A DNA stretch of 64,000 bases from Pelagibacteraceae bacterium AG-319-F18 (GCA_003283905.1 QBXA01000004.1:11975-75974), one strand, 5' to 3'; positions 9,049-18,990 are shown, counted from the first letter of the stretch. The notes: a model not told the origin generated them from the sequence alone. A program made the numbers and translations.

Positions 9049-10518
9049 CTATGGTAGACAGTCTAGATAAGTATCCAGATCCCATTGAGTTGTTGCACCT
9101 AAAAACTTTTCCCACTCATCATTTTTATACCAATGAAAGACTTTGTACATTTCATCTGGCATAGCTGATTTAATCACTTCATCCTCAGCTAAACGATCAA
9201 GTGCTTCACCAAGACTTAAAGGTAATTTTTTAACTTCTTTACCTGCTGCTTGAGCTTCATACATACTTCTAGACTCTGGTTTTCCTGGATCAATATTATT
9301 TGAAATACCATCATTAAAACATTTTAACAAACCAGAACCCATCAAATAAGGATTATGCATTGAATCAACTGAACGATATTCAAATCTTCCTGGTGCTGAT
9401 ACTCTTAATCCACAAGTTCTATTTTGGTATCCCCAGTCAGCATAAACTGGTGCCCAAAAACCTGTATCCCATAATCTTCTATAAGAGTTTACAGTAGAAG
9501 ATCCTATTGCAGTTAAAGCACCTAAATGTTTCATAACACCACCAATAGCTTTCAAACCAATTTTACCTGGTAATTGAACATCTTTAGTGTCCGGCATGAA
9601 AGTATTTTTTCCACCTTCCACATAAGTGAATACATGATCCATTGCTGGTAAAGACTTGTGAGATAATTTATTAACGACATCTTTTCCACCTGTCCATAGA
9701 GACATGTTTGTATGACAGCCACTTGCTGATACACCCATAAAAGGTTTAGTCATAAAACAAGCTATTAAATTAAATTCTCTAGCAACTTGAGCACAAATTT
9801 GTCTATAAGTTGAAAGTCTATCTGCATTTCTTAAAACATCATCATACATCCAGTTTAATTCTAGTTGTCCAGGTGCATCTTCATGATCACCTTGAATCAT
9901 ATCAAAACCCATTGCTCTAGCGTATTCAAAAACTTTCATGAAAACTGGTCTTAAAGACTCAAATTGATCAATATGATAGCAATATGGTTTTGAAAAACCT
10001 TTACCAGTTGGTGTTCCATCTTCATTTTTAGTTAACCACATCATCTCTGGTTCAGTTCCAACTCTTAATTGGTAACCATGTTTTTTCTTAAATTCTTGAG
10101 CGTGTATTCTTAAATTACCACGGCAATCTGAAGTTAAATGAGCTCCAGGATTTTCTCTTTCTTCTCTATTTCTAAAACAAGTAACAAATACTCTTGCAAC
10201 TTTTTTATCCCAAGGTAATTGACAAAAAGTTTCTGGATCAGGGATTCCTACCAACTCTTTTGCTTCAGGACCGTACCCAATGTAATTACCATGACGATCA
10301 ACAAATAAGTTTGCTGTTGCTCCATAAACTAATTGAAAACCTTTTTCACAAGTTCTTTCCCAGTGATCAGTAGGAATACCTTTACCCACAACTCTACCAG
10401 TAACAGAAATAAATTGAAAAAAAATATATTCTATTCCAAGTTCATTAATTTTAGCTCTAACTTGTTTTACTAGTTTAGATCTACCTGGCTGATTAACGTG
10501 TTTTTCTAGGTCGGTCAT
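9049..10518 (-). CDS. Glutamine synthetase-family (gamma-glutamyl-amine ligase-like) protein, second paralogue
   Basis: GTEPEM, DHEDAPGQLELN, FMTKPF, SGCHTNMSLW, NSYRRL, QNRTCGLRV, RFEYRS motifs; divergent from gmaS. Confidence 0.85.
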   Translation of the reverse strand: MTDLEKHVNQPGRSKLVKQVRAKINELGIEYIFFQFISVTGRVVGKGIPTDHWERTCEKGFQLVYGATANLFVDRHGNYIGYGPEAKELVGIPDPETFCQLPWDKKVARVFVTCFRNREERENPGAHLTSDCRGNLRIHAQEFKKKHGYQLRVGTEPEMMWLTKNEDGTPTGKGFSKPYCYHIDQFESLRPVFMKVFEYARAMGFDMIQGDHEDAPGQLELNWMYDDVLRNADRLSTYRQICAQVAREFNLIACFMTKPFMGVSASGCHTNMSLWTGGKDVVNKLSHKSLPAMDHVFTYVEGGKNTFMPDTKDVQLPGKIGLKAIGGVMKHLGALTAIGSSTVNSYRRLWDTGFWAPVYADWGYQNRTCGLRVSAPGRFEYRSVDSMHNPYLMGSGLLKCFNDGISNNIDPGKPESRSMYEAQAAGKEVKKLPLSLGEALDRLAEDEVIKSAMPDEMYKVFHWYKNDEWEKFLGATTQWDLDTYLDCLP

Positions 10519-10632
10519 TTTATTCCCCCTTAATGAATTTTTTTTTAAAGTTACGTTAACGGAAAAATATATTAGTGTCTAGGATTCTTGATTATAATAA
10601 TTATATATAATTTTTATAAGTAGTAGTTAAAA

Positions 10633-11976
10633 CTAACTCCATGGGAATGGACTGCTCGAAGTAGGGTGAAGTTCACCTTTCTCGTATCGGTTGAATCTAA
10701 ATGGTTTTAATAAATCTCTTTCTTTACCTAACATTTCATCTGCAACTAATTCTCCGACACCAATCATTTTGTATCCATGGTTCGAGTCTGCAATGAAATA
10801 AACATTTTCACAAAAACGATCAAAAACTGGAAATGAATCTGGCGTGAAACATCCCAATCCACCGGAAGGTCCTTTGTGATAAACATTTATTTTTCCTTCA
10901 AATCTTTTTTGGCAGTGTGCTAATGCTGAACACCACATGTGAGCAAATTCATCCGTTGTTTGATATTCAGGAGAATCAATACCATATGGATCTACTTTAA
11001 CTTCATCTGCTGGTTTATTTAATTCATAAGGAGAAGCTCCACCTTGAACTCCATTAAAATTAAAATCTGGTTTGTAATAAATTCCCCACATCTTGTCTGT
11101 TATTAGAGATTTATCTACATCTGAATATAAAGGCGCATCACTATCAACATGAATTACAGGAGGCATTTTACCATCATTAGTTTTTTGAAAGTTTGGATCA
11201 ACTCCCAAAACTCCTTCAGTTAAAAACCAATACTTCCACATTGGTAAATCGTTATGAATATTTCCTTTTTCATCTTTAATTGAAATTTTGTTAGGCAGTT
11301 CAAGTTTGTCCCAAAAAGTTTTAACCCATGGTCCAGCACCAATTACTACTTGTTCACAATCAATAGTGCCTTTTGAAGTTTCAACACCTGTTACTGCTTT
11401 GCTATTACTTCCTCTTTTAAATCCTGTAACTTCTGTGCCAGTAATTATTTTTACTCCTAAAGCCTCTGCTTTATCAGCTATTCCATAAATAGCAGCCGAG
11501 TTATTCGCATAACCACCTCTTTTTTCATGTAATACAGAAGTAATACCTTGTGCTTGCCAATCGTCAAATATGCCTTTCATGTATTCTGTTGAATCTTTTT
11601 TACCTTCTATGAATGTAGATTCATAACTAATTGCTTTCTGCTGTTCATAAATTGTAGTTACATCTTCTCTCATGCTTTCAGGACTAATTTGCATATAGCC
11701 AACAGGATGATAGCTAAATTTTTTTGGATCACTTTCCCAAACATTCACACTGTGAGCCATAAGCTCTCTCATAGCAGGTTGGAAATAATTATTTCTTACA
11801 ACACCACATGCTATTCCACTTGCACCTGAAGAAATTCCACCTTTGTCTATAACAACAATATCGTTATTGCTTCCATTTCCATTTTTTTTAATTTTTTCAG
11901 CTAAGTGCCAAGCAGTACTTAGGCCGTGAATTCCTGCCCCAATAATTACGTATTTTGCTTTAGTTGGAAAAGCCAT
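10633..11976 (-). CDS. FAD-dependent oxidoreductase, DAO/sarcosine oxidase beta-like
   Basis: IIGAGIHGLSTAWHLA Rossmann motif, GASGIACG, GAGPW, FTPDSFP, HGYKM. Confidence 0.85.
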   Translation of the reverse strand: MAFPTKAKYVIIGAGIHGLSTAWHLAEKIKKNGNGSNNDIVVIDKGGISSGASGIACGVVRNNYFQPAMRELMAHSVNVWESDPKKFSYHPVGYMQISPESMREDVTTIYEQQKAISYESTFIEGKKDSTEYMKGIFDDWQAQGITSVLHEKRGGYANNSAAIYGIADKAEALGVKIITGTEVTGFKRGSNSKAVTGVETSKGTIDCEQVVIGAGPWVKTFWDKLELPNKISIKDEKGNIHNDLPMWKYWFLTEGVLGVDPNFQKTNDGKMPPVIHVDSDAPLYSDVDKSLITDKMWGIYYKPDFNFNGVQGGASPYELNKPADEVKVDPYGIDSPEYQTTDEFAHMWCSALAHCQKRFEGKINVYHKGPSGGLGCFTPDSFPVFDRFCENVYFIADSNHGYKMIGVGELVADEMLGKERDLLKPFRFNRYEKGELHPTSSSPFPWS

Positions 11977-12144
11977 AATTTATTTGACCTCTGCTTTAAT
12001 CATTTTCGAAATCTATAACAAAAAAAAAAGATAGTGAAAGTATTATTTTTAGTACTAAAATTTATATATATAATTAATACAATAAAAATGTTTATAAAAA
12101 ATATAGTTTAAATAGATCTAAAAAAAACATAATTTTTAGTAATT

Positions 12145-13083
12145 ATGAGTCATCAATACTATAAACCTGCAAAATCTAGACTGCAAAGAAGTGAACTTGC
12201 AGTTCCAGGCTCTTCTCCAAAAATGTTTGAGAAAGCTTTAAACTCTACGGCAGATTATATTTTCTTAGATTTAGAGGACGCAGTTTCTCCCAATGACAAA
12301 ATATCAGCAAGAGCAAATATTATTAAAGCTCTTAATGAAATGAATTGGAGAGAAAATGGAAAAACAATTTCAGTTAGAATTAATAGTCTTGATACACATT
12401 ATATGTATAGTGATTTGGTAGAAATTGTTGAACAAGCTGGTGAAAATGTTGACACCATCTTAGTACCGAAAGCAGGAACTGCTAGCGATGTATATATGGT
12501 TGATTGTCTATTGACACAAATAGAAGTTAATAAAAAATTAAAAAATAAAATTGGAATAGAGTGTTTAATTGAAACTGCTTTAGGAATGTCGAATATAAAA
12601 GAAATTGCAAAATCAAGTGAAAGACTAGAAGCTTTACATTTTGGTGTTGCAGACTACGCAGCTAGTTTAAGAGCAAGAACAGTTGTGATTGGTGGATTAA
12701 ATCCTGATTATCCTGGAGATCAGTGGCATCATGGATTATCAGAACTAGTTATGACTTGTAGAGCTTACGGATTAAGAGCAATCGATGGACCTTTTGGAGA
12801 TTTTAATGATCCTGATGCTTATATCGCAGCAGCAAAACGTGGAGCTGCTATTGGTATAGAGGGTAAATGGGCAATACACCCATCTCAAATTGAACTTGCT
12901 AACAATGTTTTTTCACCACCAGAAACAGAAGTTAATAAAGCTAAAAGAATTTTAGAAGAATTAGAAAAAGCAGCTAAAGAAGGTAAGGGAGCTGCTCAAC
13001 TTGATGGAAGAATGATAGATGCTGCATCTGCTAGAATGGCAGAAAATGTTGTTAATATTGATAAACTAATTAATAAAAAATAA
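12145..13083 (+). CDS. mcl: L-malyl-CoA/beta-methylmalyl-CoA lyase (CitE family)
   Basis: RLQRSELAVPGS, FLDLEDAV, LIETALG, LHFGVADYAAS, DQWH, GKWAIHPSQI; adjacent to malate thiokinase genes. Confidence 0.85.
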   Translation: MSHQYYKPAKSRLQRSELAVPGSSPKMFEKALNSTADYIFLDLEDAVSPNDKISARANIIKALNEMNWRENGKTISVRINSLDTHYMYSDLVEIVEQAGENVDTILVPKAGTASDVYMVDCLLTQIEVNKKLKNKIGIECLIETALGMSNIKEIAKSSERLEALHFGVADYAASLRARTVVIGGLNPDYPGDQWHHGLSELVMTCRAYGLRAIDGPFGDFNDPDAYIAAAKRGAAIGIEGKWAIHPSQIELANNVFSPPETEVNKAKRILEELEKAAKEGKGAAQLDGRMIDAASARMAENVVNIDKLINKK

Positions 13084-13085
13084 AT

Positions 13086-14246
13086 ATGGATATACACGAG
13101 TATCAAGCAAAAGAAATTTTATCTAGTTTTGGAGTAACAATACCGAGAGGTGGAATTGTTTATAGCCCAGAGACTGCTGAAAATAAGGCTAGAGAAATTG
13201 GTGGATCAAAATGGGTTGTTAAAGCACAAATTCATTCGGGTGCGAGGGGAAAAGCAGGCGGGATAATTGTTTGTAATTCTCCTTTAGAGGTAGCTCAAGC
13301 AACAGACAAATTATTAGGTAAAAAACTTGTAACAAATCAAACAGGACCTGAGGGCAAAATAGTAAATAGAATTTATATTGAGGAAGCAACAGATATTGAA
13401 AAAGAATTATATCTCGGACTAGTTTTTGATAGAATTTCAGAAAGTATAATGGTCGTAGCTTCAACTGAAGGAGGAATGAGTGTAGAGGAAATCGCCAAAG
13501 AAAAACCTGAAACAATCATTAGATCGAAAATTGAAGTTGCGGTTGGTATTCAAAATTTTCAAGCAAGAGAACTTGCATTTGGGTTGGGTATTGAGCCAGA
13601 GTTAATTAGAAGAGCATCAGAAACAATTGTTGGATGTGCAAAAGCATTTAGTGAATTAGACGCTACAATGGTTGAGGTAAATCCATTAGTGATTTCGAAA
13701 CAAAAACAAATTTTAGCTTTAGATTGCAAAATGAGTTTTGACAACAATGCAATGTTTAGAAGAGATAAAGTTTCTGAATTAAGGGATAAAACTCAAGAAG
13801 AAGAGAAAGAAGTTTATGCATCTGATAGAGGTTTAAATTATGTGAGTTTAGATGGCAATATTGGAAATATTATAAATGGTGCAGGTTTAGCTATGGCATC
13901 AATGGATATGATTAAATTAGCAGGAGGAGAGCCAGCTAATTTTCTTGATGTTGGTGGAGGCGCGACTCCTGAAAAAATAGTTAAAGCTTTTAGGTTAATT
14001 ACAATGGATAAAAAAGTAAAAGTAATTTTAGTAAATATTTTTGCAGGAATAAATAGGTGTGATTGGGTTGCAGAAGGAATAGTGCAGGCATTAGAAAAAG
14101 TTGAAATTAAAGTCCCGCTGGTAATAAGGTTAGCAGGAACGAATGTTGAAAAAGGAAATAAAATTCTTCAAGACAGTAAGATAAATTATATTGAAGCAGA
14201 TACTTTGGAGGATGCAGCTAATAAAGCGGTAGCAGCATTAAAATAA
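13086..14246 (+). CDS. mtkA: Malate-CoA ligase (malate thiokinase) large subunit, SucC-like
   Basis: MDIHEYQAKE, KAQIHSGARGKAGG, NIFAGINRCDWVAEG (MtkA-type; SucC usually GGIxRCD). Confidence 0.8.
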   Translation: MDIHEYQAKEILSSFGVTIPRGGIVYSPETAENKAREIGGSKWVVKAQIHSGARGKAGGIIVCNSPLEVAQATDKLLGKKLVTNQTGPEGKIVNRIYIEEATDIEKELYLGLVFDRISESIMVVASTEGGMSVEEIAKEKPETIIRSKIEVAVGIQNFQARELAFGLGIEPELIRRASETIVGCAKAFSELDATMVEVNPLVISKQKQILALDCKMSFDNNAMFRRDKVSELRDKTQEEEKEVYASDRGLNYVSLDGNIGNIINGAGLAMASMDMIKLAGGEPANFLDVGGGATPEKIVKAFRLITMDKKVKVILVNIFAGINRCDWVAEGIVQALEKVEIKVPLVIRLAGTNVEKGNKILQDSKINYIEADTLEDAANKAVAALK

Positions 14247-14250
14247 TCAA

Positions 14251-15144
14251 ATGGCAGTATTCATTGAAAAAGATACAAAAATATTAATTCAAGGGTTTAC
14301 CGGTAAAATGGGAACTTTTCATGCTGAAGAAATGATAAAGTACGGATCCAATGTTATTGGAGGCGTTACACCTGGAAAAGGAGGTCAAAAACATTTAAAT
14401 AGACCAGTATTCAATACAGTTAAAGATGCAGTAAAACATACTGGAGCAACTGCATCAATATTATTTGTTCCTCCAGCTTTTGCTGCTGATTCAGCAATGG
14501 AGGCTGCTGATGCAGGTATTAAAACTTGTGTCGCTATTGTCGACGGGATTCCTTCCCATGACATGATTAGAATTAAAAGATATATGCGTAGATATTCAAG
14601 AAAAGAAAAAATGACTTTAGTTGGTCCTAATTGCGCAGGAATAATAAGCCCAGGTAAATCAATGTTAGGAATTATGCCAGGGCATATTTATAAGGAGGGA
14701 AGAGTTGGAATAATTAGTAGATCTGGAACTTTAGGATATGAAGCAGCTCAACAATTGAAGAATTTAAATATAGGGGTTTCGACAAGCGTTGGTATCGGAG
14801 GCGATCCAATTAATGGAAGTTCTTTTAGAGACATTATTGAAAAATTTGAAACTGACGATGAAACAGATATGATTTTAATGATTGGCGAGATTGGTGGCCC
14901 ACAAGAAGTTGCAGCAGGAGAGTTTGCAAAAGAAAATATGAAAAAACCTATAGTAGGTTACATAGCAGGTTTAACTGCTCCAAAAGGAAGAGTAATGGGA
15001 CATGCTGGTGCAATAGTTTCAGCTTATGGAGAGAGTGCGGTTGAGAAGGTAGAACTTTTAAAAGAATGTGGTGTAACGATTTCTAAGAATCCTTCGGTTA
15101 TGGGTGAAACAGTAAAACAAGTCTTAAATAGTAAAATAAGCTGA
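14251..15144 (+). CDS. mtkB: Malate-CoA ligase small subunit, SucD-like
   Basis: GGVTPGKGG, DMIRIKRYMRRY (MtkB-type insert), GPNCAG, SRSGTLGYEA, MGHAGA phospho-His. Confidence 0.8.
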   Translation: MAVFIEKDTKILIQGFTGKMGTFHAEEMIKYGSNVIGGVTPGKGGQKHLNRPVFNTVKDAVKHTGATASILFVPPAFAADSAMEAADAGIKTCVAIVDGIPSHDMIRIKRYMRRYSRKEKMTLVGPNCAGIISPGKSMLGIMPGHIYKEGRVGIISRSGTLGYEAAQQLKNLNIGVSTSVGIGGDPINGSSFRDIIEKFETDDETDMILMIGEIGGPQEVAAGEFAKENMKKPIVGYIAGLTAPKGRVMGHAGAIVSAYGESAVEKVELLKECGVTISKNPSVMGETVKQVLNSKIS

Positions 15145-15174
15145 TCTTTTATCAAAGACAAATATACTAAATAC

Positions 15175-15522
15175 TTAAAGTTCTAAACTTTTTAACTTTT
15201 TTATGTATTCATCAAATTCTTTTACAAATGAATCTGTAGGTTTAATATTTTTTTTTCTTTGATCTGTTGATGTTTTTTCTAAAAAGAAAAAATTATTTTC
15301 ACAAGCTTCATTAATTATTAAAGCAGATTTAGGCCTAGAAGTTTTAAATAGTTTTGTTTTAAGTTCTTCTACTGATAATTTTTCATCACGTTTATATGAA
15401 TCCATAACCAATAACATCATGTGATAATGTGATGGAGATTTTCGAAAAAAATAATTACTAGAACTATGAGAGCGCCTCACTTGATCTTCCCAAAATTCCA
15501 ATAAATCTTTTGTTCCTTTCAT
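15175..15522 (-). CDS. Small putative winged-helix (MarR-like) DNA-binding protein
   Basis: 115 aa abutting the tdm stop; helical pattern followed by wing-like DQRKKNIKPT (MarR DxR motif). Confidence 0.55.
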   Translation of the reverse strand: MKGTKDLLEFWEDQVRRSHSSSNYFFRKSPSHYHMMLLVMDSYKRDEKLSVEELKTKLFKTSRPKSALIINEACENNFFFLEKTSTDQRKKNIKPTDSFVKEFDEYIKKLKSLEL

Positions 15523-17850
15523 TTAAGCTCTAACTCTCGATTTTGTTGGATCATAAAAAGGAAAAGATACAACTTTTGCACCAATTCTTTTTTGATGTCC
15601 GTCTAATTTTCCAATCTCAACATCAGTTCCAATTTCAGAATACTTTATATCTATTCTACATAAAGCAATATTTTTTCCAAGTTTTGGAGACAACATCCCG
15701 CTAGTTATTACGCCAATTTGAGCACGACCAACATGAACACAATCTCCATTAATAACTGGCTCATGTCCAACAAGTTCTAGACCAACTAGTTTTTTTTGTG
15801 GATTAGCTTTTCTTTTTATTAGTTCTTCTTTACCAATAAAATCATCTTCCTTAGTTTTAAGTGGTACAGTAAAACCAATACCGGCTTCAAACGGATCAGT
15901 TTGATCATTAAATTCATATCCATAAAATATAAGTCCAGCTTCAATACGAACCATATCTAAAGCTTCCAAACCTAAAGGTGTGATATCAAATTCTTTTCCA
16001 GCTTCCCAAACTTTATCCCAAACTTCACTAGCATCTTTTGGATGACACCAAATTTCATAACCAAGTTCTCCAGTGTATCCTGTTCTTGAAATAACAATTG
16101 GAGTACCTGTTTCATGATCTATTCTTGCAATATTAAATCTAAACCATTCAAGTTCAGTTATTGATGGCTGAATAGGAGCTGTCCATACAAATTTTTCTAA
16201 AATTTTTCTACTATTAGGACCTTGAACAGCAATATTGTGAATATGATCAGTTGCAGATTTTATCCATACTTTATAATTTTTCTTTTTAGCTTGTTCTTTT
16301 AACCATTCACCGCTGTATTCGTCTCCACCAATCCATCTAAAATTATCCTGTCCAAATTTAAATAAGGTACCATCATCTAACATACATCCATTGTCATAGC
16401 ACATTGCAGTGTAGACAACTTGGCCTACTGATAATTTTTTAACATTTCTAGTTAAAGTGTATTGCATTAGATTTTCAGCATCAGGACCTAGGATTTCAAA
16501 TTTTCTAAGTGGAGAAAGATCTGTTGCAATCGCACTTTCTCTACAAGCATTGTATTCTTTTATTGTTCCTGAATTTGTAAAATTATTAGCTAACCAAAAA
16601 CCTTTGTATTCAATAAAATTTCTTGTTAGTTCAGATATCTTTTTATGAAAACCTGTTTCTTGAGTTAATTTTGGTTCAGAGTCCGTTTTCATTCTAAATG
16701 CTATTGCTTTTGAATATTTATTATTTTTTCCATAAGTTCTAACAAATATGTCTGTAGGGTTCCAGCCATTTGCAGCATCAACATCACAAGGACAAGCAGA
16801 AGACACACAAGTTAGATCTTTAAGAGCTCTGAATAAAACATAATCGCCTGGTCTTGACCAAGGCTCATCAAATGTTGCAACATTATTTGCATCAATTGCA
16901 GTATTAAAAAAAAGATTTATCGCTGACCAACTTTTTCGAGCGTTAATATCATATTTTTCTAAACCTTTATTAAAGTTATCAGTACAATTAATATGACCCA
17001 TGTACCCAAGGTCTTCATAGTATTTTGAAGTACAGGCTAAATTAAATGTATCATGTCTACCAACTGTATCTCTTACTACTTCAACCATAGCCTCATGATT
17101 TCCATCATAAAATTTTGAAAATAACCCTGGGCCTGGATAGGCGCTACCCATAAACGTTCTAGTTGCTTTGTCATCAATAATACTTTCAATACCGTCATTC
17201 AATTTATGAGTATCAAAAGCTAAAAAATCAGAACATTGTCTTCCACCTGGATCTATAATTTGTATATATTCTCCAGCTTTAACTTCATAAGTTTCTGCAG
17301 TCCTTCTTTTAACAAGTTGTTCAACTATTGGATCACTTAAAGGATCAGGTAAAACAAATTGTTCATCTGTTTCTGTAAACTTAGCTTTGTTAACAAAAAT
17401 TGTTAAGTCTGTTGGTGGATTTTGTTCATGAACATTAAGTGGATCACCAGGTGCAGCAATTAAAACAAAACACTTGTCTTTTGAAGAAAGAATTATTTTT
17501 TCATCCATTAAACAATCTTCATCAAATATAATTGATGATTTAGCCTTGCTTATATCTAAATTATTTTTCTTAAAAATTTTTGAAATTTTTTCATCTTTAG
17601 AAATTATTCTTTTAGAAAAATCTGCATTTGCATTTTCTTTTAGATCTAAAATCGACAAATTTGGTTTACCTTGTGCGTCAAATACAATTATTTCACAAAT
17701 TTGTTTTCCTTCTTCATTAATAATTTCAATTTTATCTTCTGGGAAAACTTTTATTACAGATAAACCTCCACCCTTGACATAATATCTTTCAACCCACGGT
17801 GGTAAATTTCTAAGACCTGGGTTTTTAATTTCATTACTAGTTCCTAACAT
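15523..17850 (-). CDS. tdm: Trimethylamine N-oxide demethylase (DUF1989 + GcvT aminomethyltransferase fusion)
   Basis: GRQCSDFLAF, RHDTFNLAC, HINCTDNFN, SSACPCDVD...NGWNPT N-domain plus GcvT domain (SRTGYTGELGYE, RIEAGL, PFYDP); divergent from tmoX. Confidence 0.88.
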   Translation of the reverse strand: MLGTSNEIKNPGLRNLPPWVERYYVKGGGLSVIKVFPEDKIEIINEEGKQICEIIVFDAQGKPNLSILDLKENANADFSKRIISKDEKISKIFKKNNLDISKAKSSIIFDEDCLMDEKIILSSKDKCFVLIAAPGDPLNVHEQNPPTDLTIFVNKAKFTETDEQFVLPDPLSDPIVEQLVKRRTAETYEVKAGEYIQIIDPGGRQCSDFLAFDTHKLNDGIESIIDDKATRTFMGSAYPGPGLFSKFYDGNHEAMVEVVRDTVGRHDTFNLACTSKYYEDLGYMGHINCTDNFNKGLEKYDINARKSWSAINLFFNTAIDANNVATFDEPWSRPGDYVLFRALKDLTCVSSACPCDVDAANGWNPTDIFVRTYGKNNKYSKAIAFRMKTDSEPKLTQETGFHKKISELTRNFIEYKGFWLANNFTNSGTIKEYNACRESAIATDLSPLRKFEILGPDAENLMQYTLTRNVKKLSVGQVVYTAMCYDNGCMLDDGTLFKFGQDNFRWIGGDEYSGEWLKEQAKKKNYKVWIKSATDHIHNIAVQGPNSRKILEKFVWTAPIQPSITELEWFRFNIARIDHETGTPIVISRTGYTGELGYEIWCHPKDASEVWDKVWEAGKEFDITPLGLEALDMVRIEAGLIFYGYEFNDQTDPFEAGIGFTVPLKTKEDDFIGKEELIKRKANPQKKLVGLELVGHEPVINGDCVHVGRAQIGVITSGMLSPKLGKNIALCRIDIKYSEIGTDVEIGKLDGHQKRIGAKVVSFPFYDPTKSRVRA

Positions 17851-17901
17851 CTAGTACCATTTTTTAATATTTTTTTTATTTAACATAATATAATCAAAAT
17901 G

Positions 17902-17951
17902 AGTTGACTAGAACATTATCAGTTGACTAGAACATTAAATGAGATCATACT
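17902..17951 (+). promoter_or_regulatory. 17-bp perfect direct repeat (AGTTGACTAGAACATTA x2) overlapping a sigma70-like promoter for tmoX
   Basis: Copies at 17902-17918 and 17921-17937; TTGACT (17923-17928), 17 bp spacer, CATACT (17946-17951). Confidence 0.7.
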
Positions 17952-17983
17952 TTTTAAATTAATATATTAATATAGGGGAAAAA

Positions 17984-18931
17984 ATGAAAAAAATAATATC
18001 ATTGATATCTGCTATTGTTATTACTCTAGTAAGTTTTACAGGAGTATCTAACGCTGCGGATAGTAAGAAACCCATCGTAATTCCAACTCATAACTGGTCA
18101 AGTCAAATTGTTATGGCTTATGTTATAGGAGGTATTTTTGAAAGTATGGGTAATAACGTTACATATGCTGAAGGTGTCGATTCACAGGGAGTTTATGAGT
18201 CAATTAGAATAGGTGACGTTTCAATATCTCACGAAGTTTGGGAGTCTGCTTTTGGTAAGTCTTTTACTACAGCATTAGATAAAGGTGGTTTACTTGATTG
18301 GGGAGATCACGAAGCAAGAACTCTTGAAGATATGGGATATCCAAACTGGGTTGCTGACAAAGGTTTATGTCCAGGTTTACCAGATTGGACTGCTTTAAAA
18401 AATCCTGATTGTGCGAAAAATTTCGTAACACCTGACTCAGGTGGAAAAGGAAGAATGTTAGAAGGTCCACAAACTTGGCATGGTGATTTAATACCTCAAA
18501 GGGTTGATGCTTTAGGTTTAGGAGATCTTTGGACAGTTAAATTTGCTGGAAGTGCAGATGCACTTTGGGCAGAATTAGCAGCAGCTAAAAAAGAAGGAAG
18601 AGGAACAATTATCTTTAACTGGACACCAAACTTTACTGATGGTGCTGGTTTTACATTTATCGACTTTCCACCATACACAGCTGGTTGTAGACCAGAAGAT
18701 GGCGGTGATGGAAAATGTGGTTCTCCAGATGGTTACTTGAAAAAAGCTGTTACAGGTGATTTTCCAAAAACTCATCCGGCTGCAGCTGCGGCGTTCAAAA
18801 AAATGTCATTCTCTACAAGTCAAATTGGTGCAATGGCAGCTTTAGTTGACGTTGACAAAATGACTCACCAAGACGCAGCTAAAAAATGGTTAGCTGACAA
18901 TAAGAGTGTTTGGCAAGCTTTTACTAAGTAA
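17984..18931 (+). CDS. tmoX: TMAO ABC transporter substrate-binding protein (OpuAC/ProX family)
   Basis: Signal peptide; PIVIPTHNWSSQ, HEVWE, LCPGLPDW, FNWTPNF; next to tdm. Confidence 0.85.
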   Translation: MKKIISLISAIVITLVSFTGVSNAADSKKPIVIPTHNWSSQIVMAYVIGGIFESMGNNVTYAEGVDSQGVYESIRIGDVSISHEVWESAFGKSFTTALDKGGLLDWGDHEARTLEDMGYPNWVADKGLCPGLPDWTALKNPDCAKNFVTPDSGGKGRMLEGPQTWHGDLIPQRVDALGLGDLWTVKFAGSADALWAELAAAKKEGRGTIIFNWTPNFTDGAGFTFIDFPPYTAGCRPEDGGDGKCGSPDGYLKKAVTGDFPKTHPAAAAAFKKMSFSTSQIGAMAALVDVDKMTHQDAAKKWLADNKSVWQAFTK

Positions 18932-18955
18932 GGTTAAAAGCAAACAAATTAATAG

Positions 18956-18990
18956 ATCTTCCCCAACAATGTTGGGGGAGATTTTTTTTT
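18956..18990 (+). terminator. Rho-independent terminator after tmoX
   Basis: ATCTTCCCCAAC...GTTGGGGGAGAT stem followed by a T-run. Confidence 0.85.

Noticed and set aside
2087-10518. Housekeeping glutamine synthetase glnA and glutamate synthase gltB
   Set aside because: The split three-subunit architecture and GlnT-type motifs match the N-methylglutamate pathway
13086-15144. TCA-cycle succinyl-CoA synthetase sucCD
   Set aside because: Mtk-type motifs (AGINRCDW, KRYMRRY), linkage to malyl-CoA lyase and absence of sucAB/mdh favour malate thiokinase
15523-17850. Glycine cleavage T protein gcvT
   Set aside because: It has a large N-terminal DUF1989-type domain and sits beside tmoX, with no gcvH/gcvP nearby
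17902-17937. CRISPR-like repeat
   Set aside because: Only two 17-bp copies 2 bp apart, with no spacers and no cas genes
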